The translations under genes were made by a program, and so were the position numbers. A stretch of 63,056 nt of DNA, filler included, from Hyphochytrium catenoides (lineage: Eukaryota > Protista > Hyphochytriomycota), in NCBI GenBank assembly GCA_900088475.1. It is 15 parts of 15 records of this genome, joined end to end, with 100 filler letters (N's around TTAATTAATTAA, not from the genome) between each part and the next. Parts side by side here need not be neighbours in the genome. Positions count along the whole stretch, not along the records: positions 26,141 to 35,707 come from FLMG01003810.1; positions 35,808 to 40,748 come from FLMG01002435.1; 13 more parts are not named here. One strand, 5' to 3'. A model generated the notes under the pieces. The model was given only the letters and a program-made list of their open reading frames with translations, made no database searches and was not told where the DNA came from. This document shows, piece after piece, positions 26,141-37,059 of this stretch (position 1 is the first letter of the stretch; every line of letters begins with the position of its first letter).

Positions 26141-29100
26141 GACGGTGGCACCTTCGGCGACCGACGTGAAGGCTACACTGTCGACTCAACTTCAGGTCAC
26201 TGAACCGGATAACGTACTGGTCTTTGTTAACGCTCTTGGGGGCCAAATTGATCCTTGTCAGGGAGTAAACTGTGGGCAATTCGGCCGCTGTGTGGCTGCG
26301 GACAGGAGCTGCCTCTGCTTCAACGGCTATAGCGGCAGTACCTGCAGTATCCCGCCTCCTGTGGTCCCAGTTAACGGCGGTTGGACGGCATGGTCTCAGT
26401 GGAGTGCCTGCAGTCGGAGCTGCGGTGGTGGGGAGCAGAGCCGCCGGCGGAGCTGCACCAATCCAGTTCCCAAAGATAATGGCACTCCATGCGCTGGATC
26501 GGAAGTTGAGACTCGCACTTGCAATGAGGGAGCATGCCAGATAGGTAGTACACGGCACCACAATCATTCGTCTGCCGTCGGGTTCTAATACCTCTCTCTT
26601 TTACCTTATTCTTTTACTTTGTTTAGCTTCTCCCTCTGTTTCCTTTCTCTTGGTGCCTCATGTCTGATGTGTCCCATATGGGCATATAGGTGGATTTCGC
26701 TCTATCTCTATGGTCACGATGCATCTCTGTGCTTTACTTAATGCCGTTCCTCACCTTTTCGTAGTTGTGGATGGCGGTTATACGCCTTGGTCACCTTGGA
26801 CAGAGTGCTCCGCGAGTTGCCCCACCGATCGCGGAGGCTTTTTCATTGGCAACCAGACCCGCAGTCGGAGCTGCACGAGTCCAACCCCTTCCGCTGGCGG
26901 CAAGGACTGCTCAGTGTTGGGTAGCAGCACCGAGACGAGGCAATGCAATGGCGTGGAGTGCCCCTGGCCCGCGCCACTATGTCCTCCATATCCCCGAGGT
27001 GAGAGTTGAGGGGAACGACATTTTTCATGTCTACAGCCATCTCTGGTTTGTCCCATTTCCTCTTCTGTGAATACGTTGATGAATACCTTGTTCTTATAAC
27101 AATGTCTCTTCTTCCCTCATGCCCATGGAAATATTTGTGCCCTGTGGCATGCTCTCTACAATCAGGTACACCTGTGACCCGCCTCGAGAGTTCCCTACCG
27201 GAGTGCTCTGGACATGGTTCTTGCGTGCGTCCTCGCGGATGCGCAATCAATATTGACTGCGGATTTTTTTGTCAGTGCCAGACGAACTGGGCGGGAGAGG
27301 ACTGCTCCATCACTTCTGAGCAGTTCCTGGAGCGCCAGACTATTCGTCAGAACCTCGTGGAAGCTGTTGCTAATGCGTCACAGCTGATTGTACGTGACCA
27401 GGTGGATTGCATCTAAATTCCTTCACAGTCGTAGCATCTCTAATCTCTTCCTCTTTCACCCTTCTCCCCCACCTCACCTTGACGGTTTCTCTTTTTTATA
27501 TATCTCAGCTCCGCCTCGCTCAAAATAAGTCTGTTCTCAGGTGATTGACATTGCCTCCCCTCCCTCTGTGTCGCATAGTATATTGCTCCAGAGTCTGTCG
27601 GCGCCGTAGCTTCATCTCTCGCCACGATTACCTCATCCACCTCAGAACTCAACTCTGCGACAGTAGAGATGACACTCAGCTTGACCAACTCTCTCATCGA
27701 GATGGCGACCTCAATTCCCAGTGGGCTCAATGCCAAGAGTGCCCAGCAGATTCTGTTAAGTCTTAGTAACGCGCTGGAGGCCAGTGCGAATCCGCTACAT
27801 AGTCCTTCCGCTGAGGAAGAAAGCGGAGCGGTTGATGTAAAGCTGGCAGTTGCTGCTGAGGACGTCAGTATTACCGTAGCAACGGCAACCGATGGGCTGA
27901 TGGACCTGCTCCTTGGTGATGCTGCACCGGGTGAGGGGATGGTGGCTTTGACTAGTCCTGGACTGGTAACGGGTGCGATGAGGGCGGAGATCAAGTCTTA
28001 CTCTGTGCTGCAGCTGCTCGACGGGCCAAGCGTCACAATCTTGGAGGAAAGCTTGGACAGTTCAGATGCAGTAGATGTGAAGGTCGGCTCTTTTCAACGC
28101 TCAATGTTAAGCCCCTTGAATCTCCTCGTACCAAGCTGACTTCCTTGACTGTCCGCAGATGCTCCAATGGAATGTCCCGCCATACAATGCTGGTTCCGAA
28201 GAACTGAAGACGCAGGTTGTGAGCATTCGCATGGCCACCTCAGAGAAGCGAAGCGGATACCGAGTGCAGTACCTCTCCGTACCGCTCATAATAGAGTTCC
28301 ATCTGCCAAACTTCAATTTCACGGAAGGTGAGGTCTCGGAAAAATGTTTATTGATCCTCTGTTCTGTCTGTTCTCTCTCTGCTTAGCTTCAAACCTCAAA
28401 GGAAAACGTGATGCAGAATATTCTTCCGCTTTCGTCCTTACTTTTCTTTCTTCGTCCTTCGGCCCGTCCATCATGCATTCAATAGGGACACACCCAACTT
28501 GCCGCAGTTGGAACGATAACTTAGAGGATTGGGTCACTGAGGGTATTGTCCAGCGAGGGGTTGTCCTCGACGAGTTCGGAGGAGTTAAGGTTGTCTGTGA
28601 AGTGACACATCTCACAGACTTCAGTGCGACAGGGGATGCCATCACTCCCCAAATAAACCAGGTGCTTAGGGTCACGTTCTTCTCTGCTCTGTCTCTCTCA
28701 GCCGTTCCTCTGAATTGCATTCAAAGTATTTGTGGCCGCCAAAGCCTTAACATGCCCTCCTCCTTTGCGCCGATTGTTCTTCAGATCGATCTCATTGCCG
28801 ATGCACAATACCTGGTAGATTTTGAGACAAACAAGGTTCCAGTGATCATACTTGTTGTCTCCTTATTCTGCTTTGGTGTGCTCATCGTGGTCTCCTATGC
28901 ACTGGACAAGAAAGAGACGACGACCTTGGAACGGCAGTTGGAAGACTCATATGTACGTTTGGGCGATCTGTCGGAGGTGGCAGAGGACAGCGACGATGAG
29001 AGTGACAACCATATACCGACTAACGCCACCAGTGCTAGAACAGCCTCCACAAGGAGTGTTGACGAAGATTCAGAGCGTCTTGAGACCCGGCCTAAGCCTT

Positions 29101-31229
29101 CAGCAATGGCTGGTGTATCAGTCAAAAACGCTGTACTGCAAGCTCCTTGGCAGATCCTACTAGTCACCTTCTCGGCTCTGCAGGCTGAGGGAAAGGCTAT
29201 CGGAGTGCTGAAGCCCGATGTTCGTTCCCACATCACCCTGTCCAGACCTCAGCGGCTAGTAGCCTTCTGCGCAACGGTAATGATCACGTTCACAGTCAGT
29301 GCCGTTTTCCATGGCAAGAGACAGCCTAACTTTGCTAGCACTCTGGTTGTCTCTTTACTGTCTATGATGGTTACTCTGCCGGTGGACTTGGGGCTTCCAT
29401 TCGCGTTTAGGGTGCTGCAGATGCCGTTCAAGTCCTTCACCCTCTCCAAGTCGGAGGACGGTAATTTCCGCTTAAATCTCAAATGTCTTGCCATTTGCTG
29501 CTGCTTCAAGCGCAAACCGAAGAAGAAAAGTGGACTTTCCGTGCTAGATAATGCCAAAAGCAGCGGTAACAGGCACAGGAACAAGGATGGGTTAGGGAGC
29601 CCAGACTTTGGACAGCCACCTTTACCTGTGAAGCCAGCTTTTGAGCTATCCACAAATGACATTTCCTACAGTCCGTTCGAGCACGAGTTGGGGTCGACGC
29701 GACAGTCTACGGATAGCTCATGGACCGTCGTTCGTGTCCAGTCACCTCAGGCAGTAAAAAGTGAAGCACCAGCTGGGCGCCAGCTCTCTCAACAGGAACG
29801 CACAGAGTTGAGTACAGAAGCTTGGACAACCAAGGCCTCTTCATTTCCGAAAGGTCCCGGTCCCCTTTCCAGGTCCAAGGGTTTGGCATCGTCCTCTGAG
29901 ACTGCAGGGACGCTTGTTATGGCATCGTCGTTCCAAAAGCAGAGCTCAGCGCGCCATCGCCCACGATCACCACTTGACTTATCTAATATTGGTCGTTTGA
30001 AGGTCGTAGAGCTTCCACAACGGAAGACTGCGCCGCGTAAGATTATCGTGAGGCAGACTTCACCCCAGCCAACGGGTGTATTGCAGGACGAGGGCATACA
30101 CGACCTGGAAGAGGAAGACATAGAGTCAGTAAAGCCATACAAGGAACTCCCTGGGATGCTTCTCTTATTTGGAGGTGGACTACTGATCATTGGCATTCTC
30201 TTTCTCGCAGCAGCAGGCTATTTGGCACTGTATCCGGACCAAGCCTTTGGCTACGGCGGGTTGTTTGCCTTCATTCCTGGCCTGTTGGGCTTACTGGGCA
30301 TCTTAACGAATGGTATCGCCATGTACGGACTTAGTAAGCGCCGACGTGGCACCACACGGACTAGCGGTGCTTATGTTCTACTCCTGGGTCTAGTAATGAC
30401 CTCAATGACAATCGCCTTTAGCTCTCTGCCAGACTCTCCACGCTTGAAAGCGTTCATTATCAACGCTCTGCGCGAGACTTGGGATATGCATGTTAAGGCT
30501 CTGGATGACCCCGCAAAAGCAGGGTCATCCCGGACCTTCCTCCAGTCTGTTCAGCACAAACTTGTGTGCTGTGGCTTTGAAGATGTTCGGGTTGATACCT
30601 ATCGGCACGGCTGTCCTTATGGAGAGGATATCTCTCCCTGTAGGGAGAAGTTGCTGTACGCCCTTTTAAAGGAAGGGCAGGCGTTAGTTATGCCTTTCTG
30701 TGCGATTGGAATGATGCACGCCGTCTTTGGGATGTTGCTGGTGTGGATCAGTCTCCAACCACGTTTCTACTCAATAGACCCCGTGGCGCAGGAGCTGAGG
30801 ATTTGCAAGTTATCTTCAAACCGGCAAATGCTCCTGGATGGAAGGCCCATTGACCGACAAATGATTGAAGCAGCCATCACTATCCAAAAAGCGTATAGAG
30901 TCCATTATTACCGTCTCAGGCGGACGCGGATGCAGGAGATACGGGAATGGAGGCAGCGGAGCAAGCTTAGGCGGTTTCTCTTAGTTCTTCTCTATGTGGC
31001 GGCTATCTATATCATCCTCTTCTGTCTATATGTCAACCTCGTCTTCGCGATGAAATTTGATGAAGAGAGACAGCGTTCCTGGCTCACAACCTCCATGATC
31101 GCGATCCTGGTAGATCTCTTCATCAGAGAGCCCACCGCTGTCTTCTTCAAGGCGGTCAAGGAAGCGCTGCTCTACCTTATGCCCAGGGGTTTCAAAAAGA
31201 ACTCGTATAAGTTCAAGCGCAGACGCTGA
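26141..31229 (+). CDS. Polycystin-1-like / GAIN-GPS membrane protein: EGF, 2x TSP1, EGF, GPS, PKD-like TMs with embedded tetraspanin-like domain and IQ motif (5' partial, multi-exon)
   Basis: EGF DPCQGVNCGQFGRC...CLCFNGYSGSTC; TSP1 VNGGWTAWSQWSACSRSCGGG and VDGGYTPWSPWTECSASC; EGF CSGHGSC...CQCQTNWAGEDC; GPS CRSW...W...C.VTHLTDFS (28500-28625); LSRPQRL before TM2; tetraspanin-like CCG (30567-30575); IQKAYR; FAMKFDEERQRSWL...LFIREP. Confidence 0.85.
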
Positions 31230-31619
31230 GATGGCTCAGCGTTATGTAGCTTATCTTCGTTCACTCTGTCTCAGACCCTTCTCCTCTATTTTGTTATTGA
31301 TTGATCAATGGGAAGAACCTAAGGATGCATCTCTGCATTTTCTTTCTTAGATAGACAACTAAGACTAACACAACTGCGACGATCCTGTTGACCCCTTTCC
31401 GTTGTGTTACTTACAGTACCTTAAGGGCGATGGCACTGATCTCTGTGGGAGGAGTTGTGCACACTCTCCTTGGGCCTCGTCAATTTCTAGAACCTTAGAG
31501 ACGTTCCGAGTCCATAGTTGGCATTGGATGCTAGGGAGTACCCACCTGAATGGAAAGAAGGACCGCGAGAAGAAGAGCACAAGACGGGAAAGTTAGCAGG
31601 ATTCAGATGTTTCTTTGCC

Positions 31620-33480
31620 TACGTTGCTGAGCTGCGTTCGCCTTAACGTTAACATGGGCAAGGATAATGAAAGCCCGGTCCACCACAAGCGAACAGCCTT
31701 CTCACTCAGCAATGCAGATGACCTAGCGTGGAACAGAGCCCCGATGAGTCGAAAACCACCTGAGCAATTAAGAGTCTTGATTTGTTAGATTCTACTGACC
31801 ACGGAAGTGGCTGAAGCCTTGCTCCATACCCAGCTCCGCTACGCTTGTTGCCAATATGAGTATCACATCTCACAACCCTGATCGCGTCAACTCTCTCGTG
31901 AACCCCACATCCTCTCCCAGTTGACGGAGGTCAGGGCGGACTCTTGTCAGGCAGTCACTTTGCTATCCGCATTCTTTCTAAAGGTGGACCGTCATAGACG
32001 AACGGGCCGAATATTGGCCCTTCAACCCCCTTCAGCTTAGCGTGTAAGTGAATTGTTTCGTCGTCCGGACTGAATGAAGCTCATCCGCTACTAATGCCAT
32101 TACGGTTAGTACCCAGCTTTTGGTAACTAAATCCATGAGAGAGGTTAATGATGCCAGGAGTATGCCCCAAAGCACTAAATCAGATTCCTGCCGCGCAGCA
32201 AGTTCTGGAGGGGCTAATCCGTCTGCGTGTTCAGTGTTAATATTGAGAAATCTCTTGGGGGTTCATGTCAAGCAGCCAGAATACTCATCCTCCGGATAGT
32301 TGGTCTTGCCAAGTGAGCGATGCTTCGTTTATGCTACCACTAACAGCAAAAAAAGAACACCAACAGTACTACTACTTCCCCTGAGTGAATACGCTTATTA
32401 GTAGGTACGTATCCCTTCCAGCTCGGAAGTGGCTGCTGGTGCTGTATGAATAGCTGCTGATAGGGTCATCTTCGAGGTCAAACCACAATGCTTTTTTAGC
32501 CCTTTGTTGAAGGTAGATGAGATGAATGATCCCTATTCAGAGGCGACGGCGGGAACCTTACAAAGCTAAGGCACAGAAGCACCAACAGTTCTTCTACCCG
32601 ACGGCCTTAATCGGCTTGGGTCTATAACGGCGGTCTGAGTTCGCTTCTCCCATCTTCAATAGCTCCATTAATGCTGTCCACCAATCTGAAAGCCCCTTGC
32701 TCAGCAATGAGTAACCTTGAGCCGTTCGAGTTTGCGCACTTCAGCGCTTGGTAAAGTTATCCGGACGGGATCTTAGCTAGGCTTTCCTGATGCGGTCCAG
32801 AAAATGGGGCTGACCTCGCTCTCTCCCAGATTGGCTCATGCAGCCTCATCCTCTGCTCTTGGAACCAGGAGAAAGTGGGAAAGGTATAGGAGGCACAGCT
32901 GACTAGGCTTATCATACAATGCCGCAGAAACAGTCAGTCAGTCTCTACTCTAAGTTCCGAAGAAGATATTATATTGTGATCACCAGAATTCTGGCACTCT
33001 GAGCGTGGTGGTAACCTTCGCTGCAGCTATCATCTCCTTCTTTGTTGTCCTGGGTGATGATGTTGTGGCCTTTCTTGGGGTATCCCTCTTCTTCATGAGT
33101 ACTTCTACTCCTGCTTCCCGCCAAATCTGTTATTGTCCAATGGCGGCGGCGGGGTCGGACCATGGCTTAGTCTGTCGTCCTCGTCGTCGGTTTGGCACTA
33201 ACCGGGTCACCAGTGCTATTTTGGGACTCTGATCTGAAAGTCTCTTGGGAACCTCGCTCACCTCCGGATCCCTTCTTCATCATCCCGGGCTCCAAAAATC
33301 AGAAACGTGCGTTAGTTCGTGGTTTCTCAGTTTCTTATGAACACAGGGCTTGGATGTTGCTGTGTAAATTGTGGACTCCTCGCTGCAATCCAGACCTCCT
33401 CCTTACTTATGCAGCAGTAAATGCCGGCTATCAGCAGGATGATTTGCCTTCTGAACGACAATAATTTCATGTTGGAGCAG
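31620..33480 (-). pseudogene. Heavily degraded Ty3/Gypsy-like pol relic
   Basis: Stop-ridden minus-strand remnants in Gypsy order: WFDLED (about 32480, RT 'LDL'-like), YPEDE (about 32290, YxDD-like), LVADEL (about 32085, 'VADALSR'-like), LQPLP (about 31810), LVVDR (about 31680, integrase). Motifs are degenerate. Confidence 0.45.
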
Positions 33481-35308
33481 TACGAGGCTCCTGGTTAGGC
33501 TGTTTGTAGGGCTGCAGTGGGTCCCGTTGATTAGTTTGGGGATCTTGGGGAGGGCAAAAATTAATTTCTCGTGTCGTTGACTGTGGGAAATGGTTGGTTG
33601 CTGAAGCTTCCCTGTGATCGTCGTCGTTTACTTGTTGATGCTTCTCGCAGGCATTATCGATGTTTCATAACTACTGATGCACATGGCTTTACGCCTTCAA
33701 GAAACGATCCTTGGTGGTGGCCTGCATGAAGAAAATACACTTCAGATCCTGATGCATATTCTTTTCCCTTAGCTTCTGCATTGGACCCTTCTCTTGCTTG
33801 CTTGAGCCAAGTGTGATAATGGTATTATTATTGTTGGTGTCTTCTCTTCCCTCACCAACTTCCTAAAGATCCTTATTGCTGAGGGAACAGACAACTATGA
33901 AACATTGATGGATGCCGGAGAAGAGGAGAGAGTTGAATGAAGAGACGAAAACATTTCGGTAGCTCTTGCCTCTTCTTTGTCTTATCCTTCTTCTTCTGAG
34001 AACTCGTTGTAGCTGCTACTTGTTTTGCCGATAATAATACCGTGATCATCATCATCACAATAGCAATGCTCTTCATCGAGCAGAAAACGGAACATGCCAG
34101 CCAGTACTCTTCTGCGTGTTGCTACCAGCTCGTCTCCTTGTCGTTGTTTATCCGTTACAGTACTTGTTATTTAGAAGAAGAGAAGACGATGATGAGGAGC
34201 TGTACCTCCACCATTCCCTACAATCCATCTGAGGCTTTGCCCTGTCTGTTCACAATAATGAGAGCACACAAATCGGCAGAGGAAGGGCCCAGAGTCTATC
34301 GTTTCTCCAATAACTGCCATATTATTGCAGATTCCCTACTGGAGAAGCCCTTGTGGAGCCCGTTTGAATGATTTTCAAGATATCATCATCCTTGAGCTGA
34401 TTATGGGAGAAGGAGATGATGATGTTGTTTACCAAAGCGTTTGTTGTGGAGGGGTAAGGCCTTAGTAGGTGGGAAGAAGGGGTGTTGCCCACCAAGCAAG
34501 CAATAAAGGCCTTCCAAAGAAGAAAGGGCTCTTTCGTTTCATCCGCACTGTTCCATCCTCACTTTCATTCATCCAACTCAAAGTAGCATCCGTTACGGGG
34601 TTGATACCTCAAGAAGAACGTGGAGGCCTTTATTACCCACTGACGACTTGACCGGTAGAGAGGACCCACTTGTGACCCCCGTGTAGCTGGGCGCTTCTCA
34701 TCCGCAGTTTCGTCCATGGTTCTCCCTTGTCCCCCAGCAATAGCACCGTGCTTTACAGGCTTGGAACTATTTTTTTTTTTCTTCCAGCCGGTTCTTGTTC
34801 TGCTGGCTGAGCACTGAGCACCAGCAATAAGTTAACCGTGGGCATTCTGCTATTCTGCCATAACAACACAGGGAGTGACCACGGGGAGATGGGGGATGCG
34901 TTGTAGCAAACAATGTCGCAATAATAAAGGTCGAAGTGGATGATGATCGGTCTTGTCCACTGCTGCCTGCATGGCGTAGTAATGATAATATCTACTACGA
35001 CGTTCTGAATCAGAAGATCTGACAGTGCGAGGTGAAGGTGGTCATCACCAGCAAGAAGAAAGTCTAGCAGCACATCAAAAGATATCTCTCGTCTTTATTA
35101 GTGAATATATAAGAGTTCTTCTCCTCCTGCACCGTCTCATTTCTCAATTTCCTGGGTAAAGCGAACTCACCAACCAACGCTTCGTTGCGCTCTTGACAAT
35201 CAGGGCTCGACCCAGGATCTCAATAAATTACCAATCATCTTCTTGTGTTTCAAGAGTTGAGCGAAGGAAGAAAGAAGTGAAGCGGACCTCTCATTCATCG
35301 CCATCATC

Positions 35309-35707
35309 ATGAATTTTCATTACAAAAAGGACGGCACGCTAGACATGCGTTACTCGTCCTCCAGGGCCGCCGCATCATCCTTCAGTGGTGGAGGGGGCTT
35401 CAGCAGTAGTGGCTTATCTAATACTCGGAGTTACGCGGTCTCCAGCCCGAGTTATTCACCTTCCGCTCCAAGCCTTCACTACAAGAAAGATGGGACGCTT
35501 GATATGCGGTACAATTCGTCAAAAGCGGCAACAAGAGAGGCCTCCTCCTCTCCCGCAAAGCCCCACCCGTCCGGAGTCACCGCTGCACCAGCAACTTCAA
35601 CGAGGGTTTCGTCGCCTGGTACACGTAGTGGGCCCGACGTGCACTATCGAAAGGATGGCACAACACCGGATATGCGCTTTACCACTTCCAAGCAGCTGGT
35701 GGCACAA
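35309..35707 (+). CDS. Protein with three HY(K/R)KDGT-x-DMR(Y/F) repeats in Ser/Pro-rich linkers (3' partial)
   Basis: Open frame from ATG at 35309 to the contig end: HYKKDGTLDMRY twice and HYRKDGTTPDMRF once; the DNA copies differ at synonymous positions. Confidence 0.75.
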
Positions 35708-35807
35708 NNNNNNNNNNNNNNNNNNNNNNNNNNNNNNNNNNNNNNNNNNNNTTAATTAATTAANNNNNNNNNNNNNNNNNNNNNNNNNNNNNNNNNNNNN
35801 NNNNNNN

Positions 35808-36140
35808 TTTGCGCTTCTGCTCTCAAAAGATTCTTCCAATTTGAGCCAAGCTTCTCTCGCCGTTCCTCTACGAGGTAGAAGTGAAATAATGTTGTCAGCC
35901 ACTGCCAAAACAATCTTGTTGAACACCCTTTTGTCATTCCTTAGCCAAGAAGACTGCATCGTAGTCCTAGACGTAGACATGGACTTGTTCTTTGAGGAGA
36001 TATCAGGGGATTCTTGGCTCCCATCAACATGATGAAGGAGCTTCAGTTCATCGAGATAAGCCTCCATTTTCAATCGCCAAACAGGTTAGTCCTCCATCCC
36101 TTGTAGTTTTGATATCGTTACACGAAAGAGCTCATAATGT
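35808..36140 (-). pseudogene. Ty1/Copia gag N-terminal region with in-frame stop
   Basis: ISKLQGMED*PVWRLKMEAYL...L...VDG...WLRNDKRVFNKIVLAVADNII...TAREAWLKLEESFE is the typical Copia gag pattern. TAA sits where Y is usual. Confidence 0.8.
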
Positions 36141-36665
36141 TGATGATTCAGGCTGCTTGAAATAGGTCTTGATAATGAGAATGGAAAGAGAAATGGACAA
36201 TATGAGACTTTGTGTCCGTAGGATTTGGTGCTCTTCTTGCCTTGATAAATTGAACGATATCTCCAAAACGAAGCGGTTTCAACAGAAAATAATCGCACCA
36301 ATGAACTCAGCGATGCCGATTTACCCCCCTGTCACTCTTTGAAAGCTCCGAAGAGAGGGGATTTTGGTACGAAATCGTGCTTGAAACTTTTCCTTTTATA
36401 AAAAGTGCTCGTATGGTTGAAATTTTTGGATGACACTTTTCAATATTTTAATAGTTTCCTCGAAGTTTTTGTCGAAATATTCCCGAAAGTTTCAATGAAC
36501 AAGGACTTTCGTTAGCGGCTATATAACCCTACAGGTAGCCGGAACTGGCTAGTGGAGCTCGTTGGCTGCTCCAGGGGGGCCGACTTGATCTTGGTCTGAG
36601 TCGGGATCCCAATGGTCCAGTGGTTGGCTCAGAGGCTTCAGAACAAGTTTCCGAGTCCTGGGGGA

Positions 36666-36682
36666 CGCGTGGGCCCATAACC
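36666..36682 (-). other. Copia-type primer-binding site (internal half of initiator tRNA-Met)
   Basis: Minus strand reads ...CCAACA|GGTTATGGGCCCACG, directly after the LTR end. GGTTATGGGCCC is the known copia half-tRNA PBS. Confidence 0.8.
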
Positions 36683-37008
36683 TGTTGGATTTGTGTGGGA
36701 TGATTGGACAATGTCATTAGATGAGAGTGCTCTACTTATAGGCCCAACTGGGGTCCCATAATCTAGAGCTATTCTGACTATGCCAACTATTCCTAATAAA
36801 CCCTAAGATATGAAGTTATAGAGATATCTCTGTCTAGAATAGTCAGTCCTGGAGGTATCCTGGGGTACTGACCATAAGCCATAGATATAAGCAGGGACAT
36901 TTCCTTTACTTCATATCTCGGCGCTTCTACTGGGAGTTTAGAGCTGAAACTTTGGTAGTTAAGCTTGCCAGCTTGTAGTCCACATAGCTGTGCCCTCAGA
37001 CTCCAGCA
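36683..37008 (-). mobile_element. LTR (family A, 326 bp)
   Basis: TG...CA ends; aligned along its full length with 42105-42427; preceded on the minus strand by purine tract GCGGGGAGG and followed by the PBS. Confidence 0.85.
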
Positions 37009-37059
37009 CCTCCCCGCAGCTCGAACTCCCTATTGTGAAGGGTCGAAGTTGAATATTCA

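Noticed and set aside
36086-36088. In-frame TAA in gag as evidence of stop-codon reassignment
   Set aside because: Host genes end at normal TAA/TAG/TGA and have no internal stops; the element is simply decayed.
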